Below, piece after piece: positions 30,301 to 37,560 of a stretch of 64,000 nucleotides of DNA; within the stretch, counting starts at the first letter, position 1; the number at the start of each line of letters is the position of its first letter. The translations under genes were made by a program, and so were the position numbers. This DNA comes from Myxococcota bacterium. GTDB taxonomy: Bacteria; Myxococcota_A; SURF-8. Under the pieces are notes generated by a model. The model was not told the origin of the DNA. It worked only from the letters and a program-made list of their open reading frames with translations, and ran no database searches. The stretch spans positions 4,320,001-4,384,000 of the forward strand of contig OZ223209.1 in the NCBI GenBank assembly GCA_965140415.1, read 5' to 3'.

Positions 30301-32822
30301 ACATCTATACAAAATCCAACAACCGTAAGGGCATACTCGCGCAGAGCAATCACATGGCACGTATTCTGCGGTTGCGCCTTAGTCGCTACAGCGAAGCGAA
30401 GCCCTACATCGAACGCGCCCTGAAACTGTCTACCGACTCCGAACCCTCCGATCGCTTGGGTTTACAGATGGAGTTGGCCAATTTGCAGCGTTTTACGGGT
30501 AACTATGCCAGCGCCGAAAGCATTGCACGCGAAGTCATTCGGGAATGTACGCAGTTGATCGCAAAAACCATGGAACAGGCTCGCGGCGTGGCGGCAAATA
30601 GCAGCCTTTCTACCGAAGACCGACGCTCCAGGTTAATGAACCTGAGAACAACGAAGCTTCGACTTGAGAAACTGCGTCGCGATGGCTACCTGGAAACCGT
30701 CAATTCCCTGTGGCGACAGGGTGGCTATGCCGAGGCACTGCGTATGCAACAGTTGGGAATGCAACTGGCGGAATCGGAACGGGACACCGCCAATCGCATC
30801 ATGCTCACCAATGCCAAAGGATTGATTTTCGCCAGTCTGGGCGATACCGATAACGCAATTGAAACCTTTAACCAAACACTGTCTTTGACCCAGCGTATCG
30901 GAAACTTTAGCGAACAAGCCACTGCCTACAACAATCTTGGCGACACCTATCGCCGCGCCGGTAAATTCGAAGCTGCCAAACGTTCTTTCCTGCAAGCCTT
31001 GGAAATCGACCGTCGTCAGAACTTCAAAACCGGGCTATCCTACGATTACGCCAACCTGGGCATCACTTACGAGCAAATGCAACGCAATGACGACGCCATC
31101 GAAACCCTGAACCAAACCTTGAAATTATCCCGGGAAATCCGGGAACCCATCAACGAGCTTAAGGCGTTGCTTTCATTGGGCCGCTTGTATCTCCGCCTGG
31201 ACAATCGCCCGTTAGCCAAGCAGGTGCTCCAGACCGGCCTGGAGAAATCCCAATCCTTGAATCTGGCAGACTGGAACTGGCGCTTCGACTATCACCTGGG
31301 ACGTCTTGCCGAATTAAGCGGTGATGCAAAAGCCGCCTTGACACGTTATCAACAGGGATTGCAACACACCGAATCCTTGCCTCCCATTCCGCGAACGAAC
31401 CAGCGTACGATAAAATTGGAGGAGCAACGTTGGGATCTTTACGATGCCGCGCTGGATCTGCTGGCGCGCCAACAGCGCGCGTCGGAAAGCTTTCATCTGG
31501 CCGAACGCTTTCGCGCTCGTAAATTTCTCGATCTGTTAGGCTCGGATTCCACGATTCTGCCTCAGACCCGAGCAAGCGAAATTCTGCATGAACTCGCACA
31601 AAATCGGCTGTTAGTAAAAGAATCCCAAGAAACGCTTCGTCATGCCAGCGATGAAGAACGTCCTGTCGCCACAACGCAGCACGAGCAACACCTACAGCAA
31701 CGCGATCAACTCTTGAACGAACTCGCCAAGCTGAATCCGGAATATCCTTCTTATGTGGAAGTGGACGCTCGTCCTTATGAGGAGCTGAAATCCTTCATTC
31801 CCGAAGATACCGCCGTTCTCGTTTATTATCACACGCCCGCACATCTGCTCATCTGGACCGCAACGACAGAGCAGCTTAGCTTGCAGGCAATCTCTCAACC
31901 ACGCGAAGAAACGACGGCGCTTATCCGGGCTTATCGCGAACGGATTGACGGTTTTCATCCCACCGACGATCTCGACCGGCTCTTGTACCAGTTGCTATTG
32001 CAACCGGTGCAGACGCAATGGGAGGCCAAACCGCACCTGCTTCTGGTGCCATTTGAAGAGATGCATTCCCTGCCCTTCTCCGCCTTCGGTATGAAGGATC
32101 AGCCGTTGCTCGACCAGCGCGCGGTGCAGTATCTTTCAAGCGTGAATCAGCTACGTTTCGTAAAACCGCAAGAAAAATGGGAGGACATCCGGGAAAAAGG
32201 GCTGGCTTTCGGCTATGACAGCAAAGAGGACTCCACGCCGCTACCTTTCATTCATCAGGAACTATCCGCATTTTCATACACCTTCCCGCAGGCGACGACG
32301 CGCACAGGTGAACTAGCCACGGAAACAAGCTTCAAACATCTTGCGCCAACGGCATCCTGGTTGCATCTCGCCGCCCACACGACACTGGACCCGGTGCATC
32401 CGTTGAACTCCGCCATACAGCTTGCGGATGGCAAGGGTGAAGATGGCAAGGTACAGATAAAGGAAGTGTTGCAGCTCGGCTTGAAAAGCGAGTTGACCGT
32501 GCTTTCCGCCTGTAATACGGCCAATGGAGATACTGGTTCGGGAGATGAAATCATTGGGCTTAACCGGGCTTTTCTGACTGCCGGCTCCAAGCAGGTGCTC
32601 GCCAGCTTGTGGCGCGTATCCGATTTAACCACTGCCATTTTAATGAAACACTTTTTCCGGCAGTTGAAACACGCACCACCGGCAGTTGCATTACAGCAAG
32701 CGCAGCAGATCGTCCGTAAGCTGTATCCGCATCCCGCCTACTGGGCGGGCTTCCGTCTCGAAGGCGCACCCACTGCCGAAGAGCAAACCGGCAAAACAGA
32801 ACAATCGGCAAACAATCCGTGA
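24318..32822 (+). CDS. Giant lipoprotein: TolB-like PD40 propeller + TPR arrays + degenerate CHAT + C-terminal CHAT (caspase-like) protease
   Basis: Lipobox LCGC. PD40 repeats SPNGRYL, PAFSPDGERI, PAISPDGRWL, PSFSPDSKEL. Many TPRs (ATAYNNLGDTYRRAGKFEAAKRSFLQALEI). CHAT motifs LHLAAH, VLSACNT, GDEIIGLNRAFLTAG, SLWRVSD, HPAYWAGF. Confidence 0.9.
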   Translation: MLNLRHPSFLLRCIFPMLAALMLLQLCGCATVKGWLAEPTVLKSFTVQPVDQQMGRPTELTSFSSDELYGSLSPNGRYLLYSSNQKGSQDIWLMDLTSGLPRRLTDHKATDTMPAFSPDGERIVFISKRDDVKGDVYLLDLDDDTPKRLTDRETAEQSPVFAPDGKHLYFASGAPEQTRIVRYRLSDRFIEPLTETKATHPAISPDGRWLAYIRLGEDKMNRLYLMQLSDRKVKKVSFYSYQAGFPSFSPDSKELYFVRFYYAPPRATLNGDENGVIWRVPVTHAWKKTGVALERGMVQITSGRQTHLFVQAHNSGLLYTTRRNGNLDVWMEPLDGLLPSFDSPRKQLDFALEQENYYDQLFALRGLRSFKSGAELQEAFYLTSEFYRRNDWFRKQRSNLTTLDKMPKPYGNWQGLARVDLAVWDVEQTVGNEISTGIRLKPEQVEKAETQLEKLLVKYNDVPTVSAYATLRLADIQSISGNSLSAIASYRSVLQQFPEQRERGIQARLALGKLLAQLQETDALVAYYLDLLREYRDFDRWRRHAIEIILAELKRSTTQRFAQSETASNPSSMEVLQKQRDLALVDHLRSLIDANPDLPLLGAILQLQIGRIYERLGLRSLALQAMQLVAKRYPKQHKEATLATFALGELSQQIAAELREQGRFNEAGAYYSDALDYYEKISRLYPPNHEYSLRARREFLSLSLSKAGQQRRNGDIEASKAAYTRILKFDNHILPAHRALIDFGVAQGNAEQLRSQYKQLLRTDPADFVGHYALGYLATLRSDLLLSDLDDAEKHLNKALGLNAVNPYIYLTLGWIAEMRELAFGDIVSGWLETAIGRYQQAYLLNDRKQDLEAEAFILLNLGNGFSRLGNTWNYAYDYYSQRLALNLPFLKPTREALFYLNFGRAAFHVEQYDESTRYFEHALQLVQTLDLPQFKAELVARLALNYQLQGSYKTSTQYFLRSIETLEALGQFNKLAALTRSVALNEYYQGNREAAMQRLQQSLSYLHEYGTPSVGKFSRLALHPGKSLAPFGFNRRHEEEVSRSLQAMIFAELQQFECSAKALREKAELMDSLLASLETPEDEQLRERGIVYAQQGSAAWKAGYGQQAVRFFSQSFQSMERIGASAVSETDPTLVKARQLGLENDLYIETSNTSLLAGFDVVHFSEQITSACAAAEVVAKQLNQNVVVEPGTIIEVTSRLQRLTSRLLLNSQPDSPPPIALPLVWRLSSDLAALSMAYAHSEEIVLAQQQSKDTAILQGLRSIERYTQGISLYKRLIAWTAPTQEEDTIPVAQHTLSPYLLARIHVTALTNLAELAAMLEGPERRAEEDSYSSRYLNQALQICSQQQLKDVCWLGRMLQAKWNGDSEQAFSTLEEYGKDGPVLLGKLYLERADEVRHRLFNTARSFALQEKDWHSLWTLSERENRRMIVDEMAKLGFDVDSLELKSVVSSLQATVAAYRQEVESQSLEDDEKTRAQHEQQLAKLRENVAKHMIELQKKAPRLHRLLVVEPFDILSVQQALRPGQTLVTILPLDTGLTLLALDQQNLRGEQLPLFLPQFNKDLQSWIERPETPPESLQHLAEKILSLVGGSDLVYLDADRLGVDLPFASLLSSMGKTNLRLLRVSSAWGLLESYQNRKLAQNKGIATLSNQYSGDAKQEPAPLVASFNRLNYNNSWQRISGDDLTLQQAMPELQRTQILALMQPAVFEGGSAANLWLLFNTPTPGIGHYSFIHHLDARFNAQLVLFFDLRHSGQARKERLFLETILNAVGVPSFLVATDSTKPDTIVRFFDATLPNWASDSRDQVYWKAMGQFDRTTPDDIQLYGYAGMNEDDTRSYAKNNLAATIRDAVAYQTRGAARTAVETYEQALAIMDYLQDYTFLDKLLQQLVTQCNDIQDWSRLIHYQSRILERAQKAYDADPKQVVPYLNAKKSLADAYTKAKLYDEALLQNQDILDVLLQAKRLSLCGPYYEQRGFILEFARRYEEALTAYRQAYDIYTKSNNRKGILAQSNHMARILRLRLSRYSEAKPYIERALKLSTDSEPSDRLGLQMELANLQRFTGNYASAESIAREVIRECTQLIAKTMEQARGVAANSSLSTEDRRSRLMNLRTTKLRLEKLRRDGYLETVNSLWRQGGYAEALRMQQLGMQLAESERDTANRIMLTNAKGLIFASLGDTDNAIETFNQTLSLTQRIGNFSEQATAYNNLGDTYRRAGKFEAAKRSFLQALEIDRRQNFKTGLSYDYANLGITYEQMQRNDDAIETLNQTLKLSREIREPINELKALLSLGRLYLRLDNRPLAKQVLQTGLEKSQSLNLADWNWRFDYHLGRLAELSGDAKAALTRYQQGLQHTESLPPIPRTNQRTIKLEEQRWDLYDAALDLLARQQRASESFHLAERFRARKFLDLLGSDSTILPQTRASEILHELAQNRLLVKESQETLRHASDEERPVATTQHEQHLQQRDQLLNELAKLNPEYPSYVEVDARPYEELKSFIPEDTAVLVYYHTPAHLLIWTATTEQLSLQAISQPREETTALIRAYRERIDGFHPTDDLDRLLYQLLLQPVQTQWEAKPHLLLVPFEEMHSLPFSAFGMKDQPLLDQRAVQYLSSVNQLRFVKPQEKWEDIREKGLAFGYDSKEDSTPLPFIHQELSAFSYTFPQATTRTGELATETSFKHLAPTASWLHLAAHTTLDPVHPLNSAIQLADGKGEDGKVQIKEVLQLGLKSELTVLSACNTANGDTGSGDEIIGLNRAFLTAGSKQVLASLWRVSDLTTAILMKHFFRQLKHAPPAVALQQAQQIVRKLYPHPAYWAGFRLEGAPTAEEQTGKTEQSANNP

Positions 32823-32913
32823 TTTCGGTTGCACATCCGGCGGTTCTTTTTGTACCATAAGACCGGTCTCCCAATCTGTATCGGTTTTACTTGTGACGAT
32901 TCATAGAACAGGA

Positions 32914-33621
32914 ATGGAAAGAATGGAAACGAAAACGGATCACGTACAACTCGGGATGGAAGCGTATCGTCAGGGTGATTTCAAACGCGCCTTGCATCAT
33001 TTCAATGAAGTCATGCAACAAAGCGATCAATACGCCGACATCTACAACCTGATGGGCGTGATTCACCAGCGCAGCGGTAACCTGTTAGCCGCGCGCCCAG
33101 CTTTCGAACAAGCGTTGAAAATCAATCCCGATTTCGAAGAGGCGCGTTTCAACCTGCTGATCTGCCTGAACGAATTAGGCGAGAACAGCCACCCCGATGT
33201 CGCTCCCGATAAATTCAACGATGCGCCGGAACCAGGTGAGTTATCCAAAAGCGTCAAAGGTCGGCTGGCCAACATGCATCGCGATATCGGCCAGGTCTAC
33301 CTGGACTTCGGACATTTTCAGCAGGCCGAGCAGCAATTCGTGGAGGCGTTGCATCTGCGTCCCAGTTTCCACGACATCCGCCTGACTTACGGCAATAGCC
33401 TGCGCGTGCAAAACAAGTTGGAACAAGCCATCGAACAGTACGAACTCATTTTAAAACAAAAACCGGATTATCATCTGGCGCGTACGTTTTTGGGGCTGTG
33501 CCATTTTCTGCAAGGCCAAAAGGAAGAAGCAGAGCGCTGCTGGCAACAGGTACTCGAAGCAGACCCAGAGCAAAAGCTCGCCATTACTTACATGTCCAAC
33601 CTGAAAGCAGATCGCGTCTGA
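32914..33621 (+). CDS. Tetratricopeptide-repeat protein
   Basis: About 5-6 TPRs and no signal peptide. Start reassigned to ATG 32914 or 32923 because the ORF-track start lies inside the CHAT gene. Confidence 0.85.
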   Translation: MERMETKTDHVQLGMEAYRQGDFKRALHHFNEVMQQSDQYADIYNLMGVIHQRSGNLLAARPAFEQALKINPDFEEARFNLLICLNELGENSHPDVAPDKFNDAPEPGELSKSVKGRLANMHRDIGQVYLDFGHFQQAEQQFVEALHLRPSFHDIRLTYGNSLRVQNKLEQAIEQYELILKQKPDYHLARTFLGLCHFLQGQKEEAERCWQQVLEADPEQKLAITYMSNLKADRV

Positions 33622-33648
33622 CCGGTCTTTATAGTAGTAGGAGTTAGC

Positions 33649-36375
33649 ATGTCCTCCGCCCGAATCATCGTTCTCTTTTTAGCCCTCCTGGTCCTTATAG
33701 CTAGTACAACAACCGATCTGCACGCTCAAAGCGAGACAGGCGATTTCTACCTGCTGCCAATCACAGAACGAGCGCAAGTCGATCTGATCGGCATGGCGGG
33801 TGTCAGTGTCCGTCATCGCACCAAAGCCGGTGCAGTGGTTCGCGTATCGGATCTGCAACTCAAACGCCTACAAGCGCTTGGCTTCAGCACACAATATCTA
33901 CCGCGAGATCCGGCACTGCCGTCGGAAGATGCAATGACGAAGGTTTCTTTCGCCGATAACGAAGACGTGGATGCCACCTTCGCCCAAATCGTCCTTGCTC
34001 ATCCAGACATTGCCCGGCGTTATACGATCGGGGCAAGCGTCTACAATCGCCCGATATATGGACTTCTGCTCAGCCGAAATCCGGACATCGACGAAGACGA
34101 AGTCGAATTCCGCGTGGCGGGCTGCCACCATGGCAATGAATTCATGTCGATTGAAATTCCCCTCGCGTTGGCCCGAAAATTGGCGGATGAGTATGGCCAG
34201 GATGCCGAAATTACTGAACTGATCGACAACATGGAAATCCACATCATTCCTCTGGTCAATCCAGATGGACGCGCGAACAACTTCCGACCCAATGCCAATG
34301 CCGTCGATCTGAACCGCAACTACGGCTACCAGTATCATTCGGACAGTTATAGTGGAGAGTGGGGAGGCGATGGTCCCTACACCCAGCCTGAAACGCGGGC
34401 TTTTGCCGATCATCACTTTCAGCACAATTTCACTCTTTCCTTCTCCTATCACACCACAGCCGCTTACATGAATTACCTGTGGAACTTCGCAGCACGACCG
34501 ACACCGGATGAAACACTGATCATCGAGCTTTCCGAGCGCTACGCCGAAATAGTTCAGGATCTGCAACCGTACGACCCACACAGTTACGAGTATTTTACCG
34601 CCATCAACGGCTACGACTGGTACCAGACTTACGGCGACACCAACGACTTTTCCTACGGCACCACCGGCGACATCGACTGGACCATCGAAACCGGCAACAG
34701 CGATATTCCGCTGGAAACCAGTTCCCACGTTCCCGCCCTGCTCGACGCCTTGCAGCAAGCCAGACGCGGGCTTCGGGGCGTCGTTACGGACGCAGACAGC
34801 AATGCGCCTCTATTTGCGATGGTCCGCTGCGATAATGCTGCCTGGCCGGTTTACACGGACCCCGACATCGGCGATTTTCATCGCGTACTGCCTGCCGGAA
34901 CGAGTTCCTGTCGTGTGTGGAGCACGGGTTACGCCGAACAGAACCTGCCGGAAACCACGATCACAACGGGAGAAGCCACAAGACGTGATATCTCCTTGAT
35001 ACCGAACGGTCGCTATTACGGTATGCGCGTGATGGCTCTGACCACGGATGAAACCAATCCGACGGAAAGCTACGAACTACTTGGTCCCGCCGATGACACG
35101 AGTTTCTCTCTGGGCCATGACGGCGACGTCGTTGTGGATATGGCATTACCGATTCGAGATCATATCGGAAATGAACTCATGGTGCATGAAGGCGCACCGT
35201 ATGGCGGGGAACGCTACCGGGTGTATGTTTCCAACGACTACCCAAATCACGATGAAATCGCCTGGCTGTATCTGGGCGAAGGTCATGGCACGACCAGCTT
35301 CGATTTGGCTTCCTTGGGACCGAATGTCGAAGTCCGCTACGTGCGTGTGATCGATCTCGGAGACAGCACCAGTGGTACCCGACCTGGAGCGGATATCGAC
35401 GCCATTCGCTACCTGCCCGCACCGGAACAAACCGACGGCGACTTTGACGAAGAGGTAGCTCCCGAGTTCGAACAGGATGAAGAATGGGAGTTCGACGTGG
35501 AACCGGAATATGACGCAGAACCGGAATTGGAACCTGATGAAGAACGGTCGGAAAAATTGGAGAGCGAATGGCCACAGGATGGCGATCTGGATGAGCCTCC
35601 CGTTTCCGATGGCGACGAAGAAACGATGGAAGTTTCGGAAACAGACGCAGATTCCATGTTACCGGATGGCGATGAGGAAGCGGAACGTCCCATCGATGGC
35701 GATTTCGACTCGGATTTGCCTGTTGATGGAGACTTACCCACTGATGGCGATGTAGAGCAGGAAACACCTAATTGCCAACCGATTCTCGATTGCTACGACC
35801 TCAACCTGCAAATTACCAGCACCTGCGAACAGTCTGTTATCACTGGCCGCGTGGAAGTACAACCGGATTGCCGTTTGCACCTGAGTACCTGCGAATTCAA
35901 CGATTCCCGCCGCTTCACGCTGGCGCTGGAACAACAGGATGGAAATTTGATCGGCGCACAGGATTGCCGATTTATTGCCAGTGGAACCGGAAGATGGAAC
36001 ATGCAGGGAAATTGCGGCTTCGATAGCGACGTACAAGGCGAGCTTCTGGCAGTGAACTGCACGTCAGCATATGAAGAGCTGAGCTGCGATTACTCGAAAG
36101 ACCCGAGTTGTGGCAGAGTGGATGGCGATATTGAAGAATCAAGCGATGGCGATATGGACTTTGCTCCCCCCGCAGATAACGATCGGATCGAACTTGATGG
36201 CGATCAGAATACGGATGGAGACGACGTAGACGGCGACGACGGCGGAAGCGATGGCTCCGGCGGTGGCTGCCACCAAACCGAGTTCTCCGGCTCTGTTTGG
36301 GTATGGATGTTCCTGTTGCCTCTGCTCCTGTTTCGGCGACGCCTCACCAGAGCATACAAACCGAGCGCGTCTTGA
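33649..36375 (+). CDS. Secreted M14 zinc carboxypeptidase with acidic/DGD linker and C-terminal Cys-TM-basic sorting tail
   Basis: Signal peptide; HHGNE, PLVNPDG, DLNRNY, QPETRA, SYHT, WTIE. Tail GGGCHQTEFSGSVWVWMFLLPLLLFRRR. Confidence 0.9.
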   Translation: MSSARIIVLFLALLVLIASTTTDLHAQSETGDFYLLPITERAQVDLIGMAGVSVRHRTKAGAVVRVSDLQLKRLQALGFSTQYLPRDPALPSEDAMTKVSFADNEDVDATFAQIVLAHPDIARRYTIGASVYNRPIYGLLLSRNPDIDEDEVEFRVAGCHHGNEFMSIEIPLALARKLADEYGQDAEITELIDNMEIHIIPLVNPDGRANNFRPNANAVDLNRNYGYQYHSDSYSGEWGGDGPYTQPETRAFADHHFQHNFTLSFSYHTTAAYMNYLWNFAARPTPDETLIIELSERYAEIVQDLQPYDPHSYEYFTAINGYDWYQTYGDTNDFSYGTTGDIDWTIETGNSDIPLETSSHVPALLDALQQARRGLRGVVTDADSNAPLFAMVRCDNAAWPVYTDPDIGDFHRVLPAGTSSCRVWSTGYAEQNLPETTITTGEATRRDISLIPNGRYYGMRVMALTTDETNPTESYELLGPADDTSFSLGHDGDVVVDMALPIRDHIGNELMVHEGAPYGGERYRVYVSNDYPNHDEIAWLYLGEGHGTTSFDLASLGPNVEVRYVRVIDLGDSTSGTRPGADIDAIRYLPAPEQTDGDFDEEVAPEFEQDEEWEFDVEPEYDAEPELEPDEERSEKLESEWPQDGDLDEPPVSDGDEETMEVSETDADSMLPDGDEEAERPIDGDFDSDLPVDGDLPTDGDVEQETPNCQPILDCYDLNLQITSTCEQSVITGRVEVQPDCRLHLSTCEFNDSRRFTLALEQQDGNLIGAQDCRFIASGTGRWNMQGNCGFDSDVQGELLAVNCTSAYEELSCDYSKDPSCGRVDGDIEESSDGDMDFAPPADNDRIELDGDQNTDGDDVDGDDGGSDGSGGGCHQTEFSGSVWVWMFLLPLLLFRRRLTRAYKPSAS

Positions 36376-37348
36376 GAAACTGTGGAGAAAGATCCTGTAG
36401 TTCCGCTTGCAGGCAGTGACCGATATCGGCAAGCAATAACCAATCTCCCGTTTGGGCTTGCAACTCATTAAATGCAATCCTCACCGGTTCTGTGTCCGGT
36501 TGTGCCCCAGGCAATTTCGCGACGTGCAGCGCGGGAATTCGTTCCGTTAACTTAGAAACCCGTTTCTGCAATGCTCCGCCATCGTCTGGCCAATGGCCTT
36601 CTTTCGCCTGCCATACTAGCGCTGCACAGCTTTTCACCAGCGCGCCACCGGGAATCAACCACAACTCCGAAGGCTCCGCCTCCAGGCGCAAGTCATCCAG
36701 CAGATCGTCCAATTCCGCCAGCTTTGCTTCATCCCGTGCCGATTTCGTCCCGACATGCAGATCCAATTCCAGCGCCAGAATGGGAGCCCCATCTATTTTC
36801 TGTAGCTTTTTCAAGGCCGCAGAAATGTAAGGAATCGCGTTTTCCAGTTGGTCAACACAACCACGTAACCACAATCCCGTATTCTTTTTAAGTTCCTGCA
36901 AATGTGCCTGGATCCAGCTTCCCGCCTCTTCTATGGCTGGGTATGCAGCATCCGAATCTGAAAATGAAAAAGGAAGAAATTGGCGTTTTCCGGCTTCCGC
37001 ATCCAATTTATTTTGCAATTGCGTCACGATGCCGAAAACATGCGGATCCTCGCTTAAGTCGAAACTTCCACCAATACACAACTGACCATCGATTTCGTCA
37101 CAAAAAGACACCCCATGTCCCGACAGCTTTTCGCAGACCTGCACCTGGTGATTGAAAGCCAAAGGATGGATTAGTCGATCCACCTGCTTTAACGCCAGAA
37201 AGGAAAATGCCGTTTCGTTCAATTCCTCTTCGTTAACGACAACCACCGCGCCGGAAGCAGCCAATTCCGTCAATTCTCCACAACGCTTCCACCACCAGGG
37301 CCACAGTTCCTTTTCCGCTCTGTTTTTCGGTCGTTGTCGTAACGTCAT
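36344..37348 (-). CDS. Hypothetical protein, probable degenerate diaminopimelate decarboxylase (LysA)-fold homolog
   Basis: Weak LysA-like motif order (VVVVNEEEL, LWLIPGGALV, GDWLLLADIG). Start at ATG 37348 is supported by an AGAGGA RBS and an upstream TTGACG-17-GATAAT. Confidence 0.5.
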   Translation of the reverse strand: MTLRQRPKNRAEKELWPWWWKRCGELTELAASGAVVVVNEEELNETAFSFLALKQVDRLIHPLAFNHQVQVCEKLSGHGVSFCDEIDGQLCIGGSFDLSEDPHVFGIVTQLQNKLDAEAGKRQFLPFSFSDSDAAYPAIEEAGSWIQAHLQELKKNTGLWLRGCVDQLENAIPYISAALKKLQKIDGAPILALELDLHVGTKSARDEAKLAELDDLLDDLRLEAEPSELWLIPGGALVKSCAALVWQAKEGHWPDDGGALQKRVSKLTERIPALHVAKLPGAQPDTEPVRIAFNELQAQTGDWLLLADIGHCLQAELQDLSPQFLKTRSVCMLW

Positions 37349-37396
37349 CCGATCATCCTCTGCTTTCTTGCTTACATCCAATAAACTCGCCGCGCT

Positions 37397-37425
37397 ATTA
37401 TCGGTCCAAGCCGCCAACCCGTCAA
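37397..37425 (-). promoter_or_regulatory. Sigma70-type promoter
   Basis: Minus strand TTGACG-17 bp-GATAAT about 50 bp upstream of ATG 37348. Confidence 0.5.
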
Positions 37426-37473
37426 GCCGGGTTGTCCTATTTATCTGGTTATATATTCTCACCTTTTGCATCG

Positions 37474-37501
37474 TTGCAATCCGAGGTGAAATGTCTATAA
37501 T
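37474..37501 (+). promoter_or_regulatory. Sigma70-type promoter (divergent from the previous one)
   Basis: TTGCAA-16 bp-TATAAT 60 bp upstream of ATG 37561. Confidence 0.5.
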
Positions 37502-37560
37502 GAAAACTCGACTGGCTGTAGCGTCACCTACAGCTTCACACTGCATGAAAGGTCAATACG

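Noticed and set aside
24318-32822. CHAT protein as part of a CRISPR-associated (Craspase-like) or classical anti-phage system
   Set aside because: No cas genes, CRISPR array, gasdermin or other recognisable effector in the window, and the protein is predicted to be exported.
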